In this document: piece after piece, positions 22,705 through 35,489 of the stretch | How positions within the stretch are numbered: position 1 is the stretch's first letter | How the letters are laid out: every line of letters starts with the position of its first letter | DNA from: Guillardia theta CCMP2712 | Taxonomy: Eukaryota; Protista; Cryptophyta | Direction: 5' to 3' | DNA: 64,000 bases | Assembly (NCBI RefSeq): GCF_000315625.1 | Contig: NW_005434625.1 | Span: 79,726 to 143,725 of the forward strand | The notes under the pieces: model-generated | Database searches by the model: none | Told to the model about the DNA's origin: nothing | What the model saw: only the letters and a program-made list of their open reading frames with translations | Made by a program: the position numbers and the translations under genes

Positions 22705-25700
22705 TTACCTCCTCTGCCTCTCTATACGAGCATGCACAACTTGCTGAGCCATCTCAACAACCTTGACGACTTCACACAAAACAGCAGCAAGCGCGTCAAG
22801 TTGCTGTTCCATGATCCGCATCAATTTCTTCCTGTGTGCTGACGTCTCAACCTTGCACTTCCCCTCGCGCAAGCGCTTCCCTCCCTCCTGCTGCTCCGCT
22901 GTTTCCTCTCCCCTTGCACTCACTTGAGACCCGCGCTGTCTCATCATCACATCCTCGTGCGAGACTTTGGAGAGGACGGCGTCTTGGAGTCGCCCAAGCT
23001 TGTTGCTCAACAGGAGCTGGACAGCAAAGGAGGCCCACCTCTGCTCTAGCAGCAGCTGTGCGTCAATCCTGTCCACATGACTGGCTAACGAGAAGTTTCC
23101 CCTCTTCATCCACTCCTCCTCGTGCCCCTTGCGCTTGCGGAAAGTCATCTCGTAGCCAAGGCGGAGGACAGGGTGGAGCTCTAGCGCGACCTCGTCAGGG
23201 GGAGAGGGAGAACATCAGCTGGGCACTTGCCTGGGAAGTGCTGGGCAATGTGCTGGAAGGCAGAGGAGGGAAGGAACCAGCAGAAAACCTGCCGAGGGAT
23301 ATGGTCAGACGACCAGGGAGCAGGGAGCAGGGAGCAGGGAGCAGGGAGCAGGGAGCAGGGAGCAGGGAGCAGGAGGCATCACCGGGCTGATTGCCATGAT
23401 GCTATGTCGATGACAAATGCCAGAGAGTGAAGGCAGAGTCGGGCACGATGTGTTATAGCTGAAGAGCGAGAACTCTCCCCAGAAGTCGCCTGCCCCCCTT
23501 ATGTAACCACGGTGGTAGAAACAGCAGCAGGTGCAGAAGAGAAAAAGGAAAGAAAAAGCAGCCGGGGACGAGGACGAGCACTGGAATGAGAAGAAAAGGG
23601 AGGAGGAGAAAAAGAAATAGGAGGAGGAGGAAACGAGGTAGAACCTGGGCCGAGGAACGCGTTGTCGGATGAGTTTGTTGCAATCACTTGCAGCACACCA
23701 CTGCGAACGATGAAGAGTCCTTCGCTGACTTCTCCGCTCTCGGCACATCTAGGTACAGGAGGAGAAGGGAAGAGCAGAGGAGCAGAGGAGCAGAGAAAGG
23801 TCAGAGAAGGACTATGATCAAGAGAGACTAACAATCTGAAGGGAGCAAAGGTCTTGTGCTGCAGATGCAGAAAGAGCTGCAGCAGGAAGTCCCTCCCCGT
23901 GGGGAATCTGTTGGAGAGATGAGATGGTATGGAGATAGATGAGGATGAGGAGAGAGGAGAGAAGAGCAGAGGAAGGGAAGGCAGTGGAGGGAGAGGACTT
24001 GCGCAAGCTTGCGAGCATGGGGACAGTATAAAGTTTCTCGTTGTGAAGGTACTCCAGCACCTGCGAATCGAGCTCAACGACGAAAGCTCATGGGACCGCA
24101 GTAAAAGGAGGAGTAGAAATCGCAGGCTCACTTGTTTCCTTGTGGGGTAGGGTAGTCTGGAGAGACAATCTCTCTGGATCAAGTTGTCTGATTGAACCTG
24201 TCCATCGAAGAGGATCCATTCTTTCACTTTGTCGTCCAGGACGTTTTGCCGCCCCCCCTCCCTCAGGAAGTCTCGGACTGCCGTTTGAAGGTTCAACACG
24301 CTGCCTAGGGCTCCTCCTTACAAGTTCGGGTCACCTTCCTGCAGGCGGTATGCATGCCTCCTGCTGAACTCTCGGAGATAGTCGATGATGTTTTCAACCT
24401 GAAGGGCATTAGACGGCTATGAGGCAGGGAGGAAAGAGCGAAGCAACCTCTGACAGGATAGTTGCAAACATGATGGTTCCAGTGTAGAGTGTGACGATAG
24501 TGAACAACCTTTCATCGCTGTTGCGGGGGCTGAGATCGCCAAAACCGACCTGAATGACAATCATCGACAGGACTGGAGGGGAGGGAGACAGACGCTGGTG
24601 AAGATTGTGTTGACAAAGTAGATGATAAGAACATATCTGAGATGCAAAGTCAGAAGGAGGAGGTTGATGTACCATCGAGGCTACCTGTGCCACAGAGAGA
24701 ACTGATCGTCGCACGAAGGGCAAGGAACGTAACCGATCGACGAGCCGCATCGATGATTGTTGTTGCAGATCCATCTCTTCAAGAAGTCTTCAACTTCCTC
24801 CTGAGCAGGGTAGAGCAGCACAGGTCCCGTCCAAGTCAAAGCACCACCAGCAGCCATCAAGTTATACCTCAGGTGTTGAAACCAGTTTGATGACCCAGGT
24901 AATACAGGCAGTGATATGGACTAGAAACGTAAACTGCAACATCCGTTCAAGCACCAAAATCAACCAGCTCGGGCTTCAACCCAGAGGAAGTATCGGAGGA
25001 GCGACAAGACGTTCTGAGGTATCGGGTTCCAAGAGTCCAGCACCCTGCTTGGCATGTCAGACGTCCCTTGCTCCCAGCAGCTCTTGGGCGTCGGCAGACA
25101 TTTTCCAGGAGGAGAGGAAGGTAGAAGAGCTCTGAAGGTCGTCTGGGAAGAAAATCTTCGCCATCCGGACCAGTCGAACAATCTTCAGGTAGTCAACTGA
25201 AGTTGCTCGTCACACTTGACAGGAGCGCAGCCGAGCATTCACCGATCGTGTCTGTGTGGGAGGAGCAAAAGTGTCGTGACAGGATGATTTCACAGGTAGC
25301 AGCAGGCAGGGACGTCAAAATGTCCAGCCTGCGGGCTTTGCAGTCAAACAAGCAAGAGGAAAGAGAAGAAGAAGAAGAAGATGCCGCAGCAGCAGCAGAT
25401 GCACACGCAGCAGCAGACGCAGTAAACGCAGCAGCAGCAGCAAGGATAGACACCATAGCTGTTTTCTCAAGTAAATCCTTGTAACGACGCTCCAGGAGTC
25501 AATATATCTCCCCAAGCTGCTCAGGAGCGTCATGGAACACCAACAGCCTCTCCTCGCTCTCACTGATTCCTTCCTGTGAAGCAGTGCAGGACGATGTCCA
25601 CAAGAAAAAATGCGTCGCAAAACACATCGGCCTGTATGGCAAAGTAAGAAGGGAAACTCGGAGCTCACAATGAAAAGAGGGGAAGAGAAGAACAACGGTG

Positions 25701-26550
25701 GAACAAGTCCACAGATCGGAGGAGACTGGAGGGGAAACAGGAGAGAGCAAGGGAGCGACATAGGAATGGAGGAGAGGAGGGTTAGGTGTACTTGGATAGT
25801 CGGGTAGTTGCTGCATCCTTCGAGCTTCCAGTAGAAGGCAACCATCAGAGGAGTTGCGATCATAGTATACGCCAGGACCAGCCGTCGAACCACAAAGGCG
25901 AGGATGGAGAAATAAGAGTCGGGGTGTATCAGGTGCCACCTTCCTTGCCTGAACCCCCCGATCTCAGGGCTGGAGCAAACTTTCTGCCACCAGCGTCGCT
26001 GCAAGTGTGTGTGGATGTAGTTCTGCACGGCGAGGGAGTGGATCTGATCAAGGTGCTCGCGGGGGTTGCTCGGCATGTCAAGCTGCCCGTCCATGTCGAA
26101 ATAGAACGCCTCCTGCTCGTCGTTGCCATCAAGACACCAGTCGTATCCCTCCATGACGTGCCGCGACGGAGAGGCCGGGATGAATAGCCTGAGGAAGTTT
26201 TCGTCCAGCTCTGATCGTAATAAATCTCAGTCAGTCAGGGAGAAGATACCTTATATGACAACAATTCCAACTTGTTCTTCTTTACGGCTCGTCTCCTGTC
26301 CTCTTCTGTACTGTACATTATTCTCGGTCCTCTCAATCCTGTCCTAGCCTGTCATTTCCTCTCCTCTCCAACTTGCTGAGTCGGCTGGCTCTCCTCTCAT
26401 CGGGAGTCTCCTCTCCTCCTCTCCTCTCCTCCTCTCCTCTCTTCCTCTCCTCTTCGCGACAGTTCTCCTCTTGTCGTAAGTCAACAGCGGCTTGTCCCGG
26501 CGGTCAAATGCTTCGGAAGTTCAGTGAGAGAGGAAGGCAGAGGATCATTT
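22705..26550 (-). CDS. Voltage-gated K+ channel with cyclic-nucleotide-binding domain (KCNH/CNBD family); multi-exon, start uncertain
   Basis: WHLIHPDS, S1 segment, pore IYFVNTIFTS/VGFGDLSPRN, S6 LYTGTIMFATILSE, C-linker LSRLPYPTRK, CNBD GEVSEGLFIVRSGVL and FWGEFSL. Confidence 0.85.
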
Positions 26551-26720
26551 CGGGTCAAATGTCTAGGTCTCCGATTGCTGTCTTGTGGAGCTTCTAATAC
26601 ATAAGTCTGAGGTAGACTTGATTTATTTCAAATTTTGAAGGTGGAGCAGGGCAAAAAGGCAGCGATGAGACTTATAGAGAGCAATTAGAAGATTGACAAA
26701 AGACAGCAGAGCAGTCGGGC

Positions 26721-28632
26721 ATGGCGGCGGTTGTACGTGGGAGGAGGACGAGGGGGACATGGGCAGGGCGAGGAGCGACGGGAGAGGAGCAATGCTTCAT
26801 CCTCGACAAGGACGATCTGAACCGAGAACGAGAGCAGGAGAAGAGACAAGGAGGAAAGCATAGGAAGGAGGAGGTGGAGGAATGGAACAACGCCAGGGAC
26901 GCGTTGAAGATGCAGGCGGGGAAGGGAGAGAGATTCATGGACGAGAATCGAGGAAGGGGAGTCAGGGGGCGGACAGAGAGAGACCTGCTGAAGGCCGACC
27001 CCAACGCTCTCGTGCTCGCACTCCATGGAACTCCGAGGGAGAGAGTGCGAGGAGGAGGGAGGGAGGTCAGAGACATCGTTCGGCCCTTGCAAATGGTGCC
27101 ATGGAGGAAATCAACAGTTCAGGCGCACGTGCTGGAAGGAGCACAGCAGGAGGAGAGAAATCTGTACAGGAGGATTTCAGAGAGACTCTTCGCTCTACAT
27201 GCTCCTGGGAGGCTCGACAAAGACGTTATGACGCTGCTCCGAGCCATGGACGAGGAAGGGGAGGGGAGGGTGGACAGCAAACTGTTCGAGCGGGCTCTGG
27301 GCTCCATCAACATTTTTCTTGGCAAGGAAGAGAGGAGGAGACTGTTGCAGCGGCTCGACCTGAGAGAGGATGGGACCATCGACATCCAGCTGTTCCAGCA
27401 AGTGTTCGATGTCGACCAGGTTGTGCTCCTTCTCCTCTGCTGCTCCTCTGCCATGTCCTCATCCTCCACTCCTCCTTTCCAGTTCCTGCTCACCAACAGC
27501 GTTGTTGTTTCCTTCTCACCTTCACCCTCATCTTCACCCTGATGTTTCATTGTCATTTCAATCGTCCCATCGCAATCTTCGCTTGTTCAGCGCAACATTA
27601 AGTCCGGTCGCACACTGACAGCTCTGTGCCTCATGTGCAGAGAGTTGCAACATCCGAGATGGAGCCTGAAGTGATCGGAAAGGACAAGGCCAGGGAGCAG
27701 GAAAGAGCGCAGCACAAGAAGAGGGAGAAGGAGGAGGAGGAGGATGTGAATGGAGCATCGAACCCTGAGCTGGCAAGGGAGAGGTATCTTAGGCGGCTCC
27801 TGCAGTCGCAGGGAGCTGGAGGAGGAGAATTTCGCGTGATACGCAAACTTGTCAGCCGGTTGGACGAGATGAAGCTTGACCTCGAGCGAGTCCTCCGGCA
27901 GGAGCAGAGTTGCCGACCTGTCGCTAGGATGCGGGCGCGAGATATGGAACTGATGCTGCGGAGGTTGGGGATCGGGATGGAGCAGGAGGAGTACAAGATG
28001 CTGGTGAGCGTCTTCGATCATGATGCGAGTGGAACGGCAGACCTGCAGGAGATGTTCCGGTCGCTGAGCCTGGAGGCGTGGAAGAGGAGGGAGGGGAATG
28101 AGCCTTTGCTGGGAAGGACAGGGAGGCTGGAGGAGGCGGATAAGATGTACGAGATGCAGCAGGTGCAGCGGCGGATCCTGCAAGGGAAGGAGAACCACGT
28201 TTGGATGCTGTTCAAGAAGATCAAGAGGAGACTGGAAGAGCTCGAGCTCAAGGCAGAGAAGCTCGTAATGAACATGGACGTGAACAAGAACGGGGTGGTG
28301 GACTATAGCGAGTTCAAGAGAGGGCTGAGGCATGTTGGGGTATACGTTGCCGAGGCTGAGATGAGGTAAGAGACGATTGTTTGACACGTGATGCTGATGA
28401 TGACGGCAGATGTATCTTCGACCTCCTTGACAGTGACAAGACAGGAGAGCTGGATCTGTTCGAGATGTGCTATCTGTTTGAGATCAAGGTTGCCAATGCC
28501 CAGGCCTTTCACGACATGAAGCAGAAGGTGATGAGAAAGTCTCAACACAGGTCGAGCAAGACTCGTGACGATTATGATGATGAAGCTCCCCTCCCAAATG
28601 TTGACATCGGTGAAATTCCTGTCTCTCCTTGA
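26721..28632 (+). CDS. Multi-EF-hand calcium-binding protein
   Basis: EF loops DEEGEGRVD, DLREDGTID, DHDASGTADLQE, DVNKNGVVDYSE, DSDKTGELDLFE; introns near 27420-27640 and 28366. Confidence 0.8.
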
Positions 28633-28791
28633 GAGTTACTTTCATTGTTTCTTTGAACAGTATTGTATGATAAATCTCGTGTAAGATAAAAGAAGTAATG
28701 AGCGAGATAGATTGTTGATTTTTATTCTCATCAACAATATGGAGGCGCTTGTTGCGCCTCAGGGATGTCAGTTCTGAGTTGTTAGTATGCG

Positions 28792-28949
28792 TTACACGTA
28801 AGCTGTTTGCACAAGTCGGCCATCTGACATCGACATTTGGACAGAGAGGTGAGACGGCCTCCTCTTGTTCTCGATGTAGCTCTGTTGACAACCCAATTAA
28901 ACTCATCATGATTGACAAAAGCATCATTATCAACAACATAATCCACGAC

Positions 28950-28983
<34 letters not shown>

Positions 28984-31172
28984 ACATTCTACATCATCGA
29001 GCACTCACCACAATCCTTGTCAACACTCCAGGAATGTTGTTATTGACGCCTCCAAATCTCGGAGACCTGGACCTGGTTTCAGCTGCTCTCTCCCTCTCCA
29101 CAAGCCTCGTCACCCATATTTCAGTTGCATGGCCGAGCTCAAAGGTCGCCCGGCTCTATCCTCGAGCTTGTCGGCTATCATCTTGACCTCGTACCTCGAG
29201 TATCCTGTTAAGCTCCGTCATCCCCTGCTGCCCCGGTCGCTCCTCCTCCCTCCGCACACCCGTGTAGTAGGCGAGCTTCTCCGTCCACTCAGAACGATTC
29301 AAAACCCTCAAGGTGCACATGATCGCTAAATGACCGTCAGGGCATAAGGCAACTGAAAGAGGAACGAGCAAAAATGAAGGAGAAAGTGGGGGGAGAGAAA
29401 GAAAGGGAGGGAGGAGGGATGGAGAGTGATGGAGAGCTTACCAGCAGCAGCGATCAACGAAGGTTTGGTGCCGCAACAGGTGTAGTCGAGGAAGGAAACG
29501 TCGATGAAGAAAAGCGTGATGCTGTGTGAGACCGACATCTTCCCGTCAATCCTCTGAGTTGTCTCAAGGCCCGCAGCCTGCGACAGCGATGAGAAGAGAT
29601 CAGGAGGAGCAGGGGGAGCAGGAGGGAAGGAGGTTCTTACCTTAGAGAATCTTTCAAGGAAGCAAGATGGTTTGGGCTGGACGAGATCTGACGCATCAAG
29701 ATCAGACATGACCATCGATGGCAGCTCTTCTTCTCACCGAACCCCAGCTGAAGGAGCATTTCTCGCTCCATGTCCACGATGTTCTGCCGGGTAGAGGAGT
29801 ACTCGGTGATGTACGACAAGTCCCCGACGTGAGGGTTTTGGCGCTCCTCAAACTGAGAACTTGTCACATGCTTCCTCCCTTGTTCGCTGCCCTACCTTGC
29901 AGCCGAGAAGAAAGGCAGTCACACCCGCAGTCTGGTACCTCCTCCTCGGCACAACACGACGAGCGAGGAAACGATCCAAAAGCTGCAAAAGCAAGTCAGA
30001 CAGGATAAACCAGATGATTGAAAAAGAGCATTCGCAATCAAAAGTTTGGGTGAATCGATCCAGAGAGAGAGAGGGGGGGGGGGGGGGGGGGGGAGAGGTT
30101 TCTCATGACAAAGAAAAGGAAGCAAGCATGGATGGTGCGGTCAAAGATCAAAACAGGGGGCCGGATTGTGGGTGGGAAGCAAGGAGGAGGAAGGGAAAGA
30201 GAATGATGAGCAACTGAGACAGCAGAGCAGTAGCAGGGGCAGGGGCATCAGCAGTACCTGTATGGTGAGGTGTAGGCAAGGCTCTCTGTATCGGAACTTG
30301 AAGTGAACTTCGATGAGCCAGTTGACCAGCACAGTCCTCATCTCCTCTGTCACAGTCTCCTGCCGTGACAGATGCGTCCTCATAGAGCACGCGTGCGACT
30401 GCGTCCAGATGTTGTTCTCAAGCCTCCTGTTGGTCAGCAGGAGACTCTGAGCGTCAAGGCCAGTCTGAAGCTCCTCGCCTTTGAGGTTGGCCTCTAGCGG
30501 CTGAAGGTTGGCGTCTGAGACCAGCTTCTTCCAGGACTTGCACACGAGACGAGCGTTGAGAGCGGTATTCATGTCCATGAACTTCATCACCAGCGCCATG
30601 ATGTCTTCCGACAGACAGATGTTCCTCTGCCGGCACAACCTTCGTCAGTTTCTTCTCCTCTTCCCCTCCCTCTTTCTTTGCCCCCGCCACCTCCCCTTTC
30701 CCGCCCTGAGCCTAATACCTCGATGCTTCTGGCAGGCTGAGGCACATCGTCGTAGAAGATCTGAAGGTCGATGGAAGGAAGCGCGTCATAGTTTCTTGCA
30801 GGGCATTGCTGAACAGAAAATCAGGTGCTATCCAACCATTGTAACCCTCCCCATCTCCTCCCCCAATGCTCTTCTCCTGTCTTGACCTCTCTGCCCCTCC
30901 CTTGACCTCTCTGCTCCTCCCTTTACCTTCTTGGCCGAGGACCCTCGCTCCTTCTTAGCGGACGAGACTTTCTTGGACGCAGAGCCTGGAGCCGACGAGT
31001 CCCCAAGGAAGCTTCTGATTCTCTGCATCACGTTCACCTTGACCGGGTGGAGGGCGCGTCTTGCAGGAGAACTTGTATCGGTTTGCTTCGCAACCACCAT
31101 CGGGTTACGATCGCTACGTATGTTCAGCAGATTCATGTCTGCAAAAACAAACACATCAGAACCTTCCTCCAT
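28792..31172 (-). CDS. Cyclin (A/B-type cyclin box) with N-terminal D-box and an F-box
   Basis: RRALHPVKVN D-box. The F-box LSEDIMALVMKFMDMNTALNARLVCKSWKKLV and the cyclin box MRTVLVNWLIEVHFKF lie in the same ORF (30141-30638). Then LLDRFL, AFLLGCK/FEE, MEREML and KPSLIAAA. Confidence 0.88.
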
Positions 31173-32337
31173 GCCTCACGGGATCGTTTCATCCCATCAC
31201 AAGCAGTTGCCTCTCGCACACACGCGATATCATCCATTAACTTTGAATCTTGCCGTCTTTGATGAAGAAAGATTGCTACTGCCTTGTGGGATTTGCATTT
31301 TTAAAAGAAATCAATTGACTACAACCCTCCCACTCATTTCTTGTCTCCATTCATCAGCATGAATGTCTTTTGAACTGTCTTCGCTCTATTCACACACGCT
31401 TGACAGTCCCTCATCTCCTCCTCATGAATTGATCAAATCACCCTGTACATTCTTGTCCTTGTACTTGGTCCATTCTTGCCTTTTCAAGTTCGCCTCCACC
31501 TCCGCCAACCTCATGCACTTGAACTTGAAGATTCTCTCTTCCAGCGACTCTCCCTCCTTCCTTCATACCTGCGCTCCTCTCCTCTACTCTCATCTCATCT
31601 CATCTCATATTCTCTCCTCTCCTCTCCTCTCCTCTCCTCTCCTCTCCTCTCCTCTCCTCTTCGTCTCCCTCTCGCTCCTCCTCTTCTCCCTTCCGTCTCC
31701 CTCCCCTTTGCACTTCACACGCCTAATGGATCCTCCCCGACGATCTACTTGTCTACCGTTTCAGCTTATTAATTACACTCCTTCTTTAATAAAACCTTTA
31801 GTTGCTTATTAGAAAATATATCTGCTAATCAGCTCCATGTTTCCTATAACGAGATCTTAACTTATGTCTTATTTAAGGAAACTTTATTTTATTTGAATGA
31901 TGATTCTTTATTAACACATTATTCTACTAATAACCTGTCAACGGCATTTTCAAAGTTCCCACCAACACCCACCCTCATTTAGACGAGGACCCTACCCTTT
32001 GAACATGAACCCACCCCAATGAGTCGATTGGGAGCCCACCCTGCAGTATTGATACCCCTCCCCCACCCCTTGCCTTTCCTACACCCCCTCTTCCTCATTT
32101 CAGACCCCGTAAAATATTAGTGCCCGGGCCACAGCGGCCCGGCCGGGGCGGCGGGAGGGCGGCGGCCTGGTCGGGATTGAATGACTCAGATGCCATGATC
32201 TGCCAGTCGAAGACTCGGGGGTGGCACTGCCAGGTTGAGCAGATACTTTACAGAAAAACAATGAGTCCAACTAATTGTACAAATACTACGGTAACTAGCG
32301 ACAGCAGAAGAATCTTTCACAATGAAGTTGAGCTCAG

Positions 32338-32532
32338 TCAAGACAATGAATCCAGCAGTTGCTTCACATTCACTCGCTCGCGAGGAAGCTCGATCGGCTG
32401 CTTGTCCCTCGTCTGCAGCCTCTCGTCATGCTATCACCCTTCACGTGGCCCTTCACGACTCACCTTCCAGATCTCTCCCAAGAAAGCCTGTCGGGGGACG
32501 CAGTGCGCGCCGAGGTCCAGCTGCAGCACAAT

Positions 32533-32564
<32 letters not shown>

Positions 32565-34270
32565 GCATGCTTGACCTTGTACTTGAGCGTCATCCCCAGA
32601 TCCCAGAATGCTGCCCCCGCTACAAGGGCGACGTGAGGAAGAGGCGCTGTCTTTACAACTCTGCTCACCTTGCTGCAGCAACTTGGCTGTCCCTATGCAT
32701 TGAACGCTCCCTGCAGACATGTACACTGATCATTGTATGCAACGGGACCGAGCGGGGAGAAGAGATCTTCACCAGCAGACTTGACCGTGTAGAAACCAGA
32801 GAGGCTGCAATGATTCAGTCACTGCAGTAGAAGCAGCAGGAGAGGAATCACCTGGTGTAACATCCGCCAACAGAGTATCCCATTTCTCCTGCCACCATGG
32901 TCCCGTTTTCCCACAGCTGCACCAACAAACGATGAATTTCCTCTCCCCAAGAACAGCGTCCAACCTCGAAAGAATGTATCCTTACACCGTTGATTCCTCC
33001 CCGTTCGAGAATCTCCTGCGCGCAGCAAGCTTCAACAACGCAACCCTTCCTCGACTAGTGTAAGCTACCTTGAGGACGCTGATGAAGGGAGGGTAGAGCC
33101 AGTTCTCGCCATGCTGTCTTAAACATCCCTGCCAGGAATCTCAGCCAATGTCTCAACAACAACTAGACGGACCTGCACCACCTCGTCGAACGCCCTGTCA
33201 CACGTGATTTCGAATCGCGAGGATCTCTTACGGAGCTGCACAGAAGTGAACAAAGGCGAGCAGAGGGAAGGCAGACGATGGGCAACCTTCTTGCGCACGT
33301 GCAGGTCTTCGAACTTCAATATGCATCTGCAACAGGCAACAGATCAGCGGAGGAAAGCAAGCAAGGAGAGCGAAGGACCTTTGATGATGCATCTTGGGCA
33401 AAAGAACAAACTTGGCAGGTCCTTCCTTCGTCATCTGCAACATCGTCAGCCAATCAAGCTCCTATATGCAGGCTGAAGGCTCACCTCTGCCATGGGAAGG
33501 TAGCCCTCGTACATGAGAGCAGCGAGAAAGTCCGCATCGAAACAGGTAGACCAGCAGTACTTCCCCTGCATCCTCAACCTTCAATGGTTGTAACTTGTTT
33601 CTGGCCTCTACCCCACCTTGTACTCCAGCGCCAGGTTTGCTGCCACATGATGAATATCTGGACCTGACAGATGGCATATGAGTCGACAAGATGATTGCAA
33701 TGTTCGAGTCGAGGAACCTGGCATCAGGAGAGGAAAGTTGGTCAACCAGGGATTACTTCTCAACACCAGCTTGTGGAGATCGGATAGTCGCTCATCAAAT
33801 AGAATCTCGGATGGCAGCACGACCGAGTCCTCTACTGCATCTCAAGTGTCACGAGCAGCCATGTTTGGCATCAAGGTTCCACCAATGTCTTCTTCACTAT
33901 GAAAAATTTCGCTAAGAGCTGCAATCGTCAAAGCTGTTTGATCCACTTGGCCGGAGTGAGCTGGGAGATACAAATGTCAAAATCAACCGGAACAAACTCA
34001 CTAGAATATGCTGCTCACCGTTCAAAAGCTGAGTGATTGTCGACTCGGGAAAAGTCGGAAACATTTGCCGAAGTTCGTTCACTCCTCTACACAGCAGTGG
34101 TCAGCCAAGATACAGTTGGACAACGAATATTCCACCGTTGTTGCACATTCGCATCAGCCTGAGTCACGCCTACAGTACAGGTAAGTCCTGCCTGCAACTG
34201 AACACACGAAACTAAACCGGGCTGCAAGACATTGTGCTGTTTGTTCCAAACATCGCTGAATCGAACCTTC
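32338..34270 (-). CDS. Leucyl/phenylalanyl-tRNA--protein transferase (Aat-like) with an upstream CUE domain; 5' exons may extend to ~35100
   Basis: ALMYEGYLPMAE, LLPKMHHQR/CILKFEDLHVRKK, FEITCDRAFDEVVQ, HGENWLYP, GAAVG, FWDLGMTLKYK/LDLGA. CUE: ELRQMFPTFPESTITQLLN/AHSGQVDQTALTI. Confidence 0.85.
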
Positions 34271-35489
34271 AAAACAGTCAAATACAGCAAAACTGAGCGG
34301 TCCATGCAAATGCGAACGAAGCTGCGACAAGACAAGTCAAGATTTCTCACCAAAGGGGTCGCGCTTGGTAGCGATGTAGGCACAAGATGCGCTAGATACA
34401 CAAGGAACAAGAGTTGCGACAGAGACGACCAGCTTGCGACCTCCATGTCCACCATCTCAGTCCGGAGGCCCTACAAACGCCCTCCCACAGAACTTGCCGA
34501 CAGAAATCGATTTCTTGTCTCAAAAACAGGGATTACTGTCGATCTGATGTTAGATTTCCGTCATACGCAGGTTCAAGGGTCACCTAGTTGAATCGCGGAA
34601 TGATGACTTAGGATATCGACCAAATATCATTGCAGATAAATAAAACAGGGTTGCTTTATCTCACTCTCATAGAATCAGTTCCTGAAAGTCAAACATTAAC
34701 TCGATAACTTCATCAAGCTTGTTGCAATAGACAGGCATTGTGAAGATCACAAAGTACGTCCTTTTTGCATTCGATCTATCCTCGCTCAAGAAGGGTAATC
34801 CAGTGGATCAATCTCGCAGCTGCTGATGAGCCTCACTCGGGCATCTCCTCACACCCGTGCCTTCCAACAACTACACATTCACGCTGTCCCTCCATTTCAT
34901 CTGTCGCACAAGAAAAAGAACGGAGCTGCAGCTTTTGAGGGGGTGACAGCCTCCTGGGACTATTCCACTAGGAGCACATGACACTTGTGAATCTCCTTTT
35001 GCATACCTTCACCCCAATTATTCTTTCTTGCAATTCTTCTACTTCTTTCCTCGCCGTCACCTTCCCCACTCCACCTGCTTTCTTCAATTGATTTGTCTGA
35101 CTTCATCAATTTCCTTGTTTGTTCCTACTAAAAGATTTTCTCGTCGTTCTTTTCTCAACGTAATTTCCACGTGATAGTTCCCTTCTTATTGCATATTTCA
35201 GTCTCATATTCCCTTCCTGAATCCTCCTCATCACGACCTTTCTCTCCAATTTCTTTTCTTCTTCCTGATTCATTCTCACGATCTCCGTCGCCACTACCAC
35301 CACATCCTCCGCAACCACCATCATGACCATCGCTAATGCCGTAACTTCACCTGCACCTGCAACTGATCAACTTGAATGACATCAACAACATGTTCAACAT
35401 CATCATTTTCATTTTCTATTTCTGATCTTCCTTTTCACCCTCTTTCGTGCTCTTTGTAATCATCCATCTGCATCCTGTCCTTGCCGCTG

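Noticed and set aside
33119-33319. Retrotransposon RNase H (FEITCD resembles F.L.TDAS)
   Set aside because: Flanking exons identify it as the L/F transferase F.IT.D.AF..V motif.
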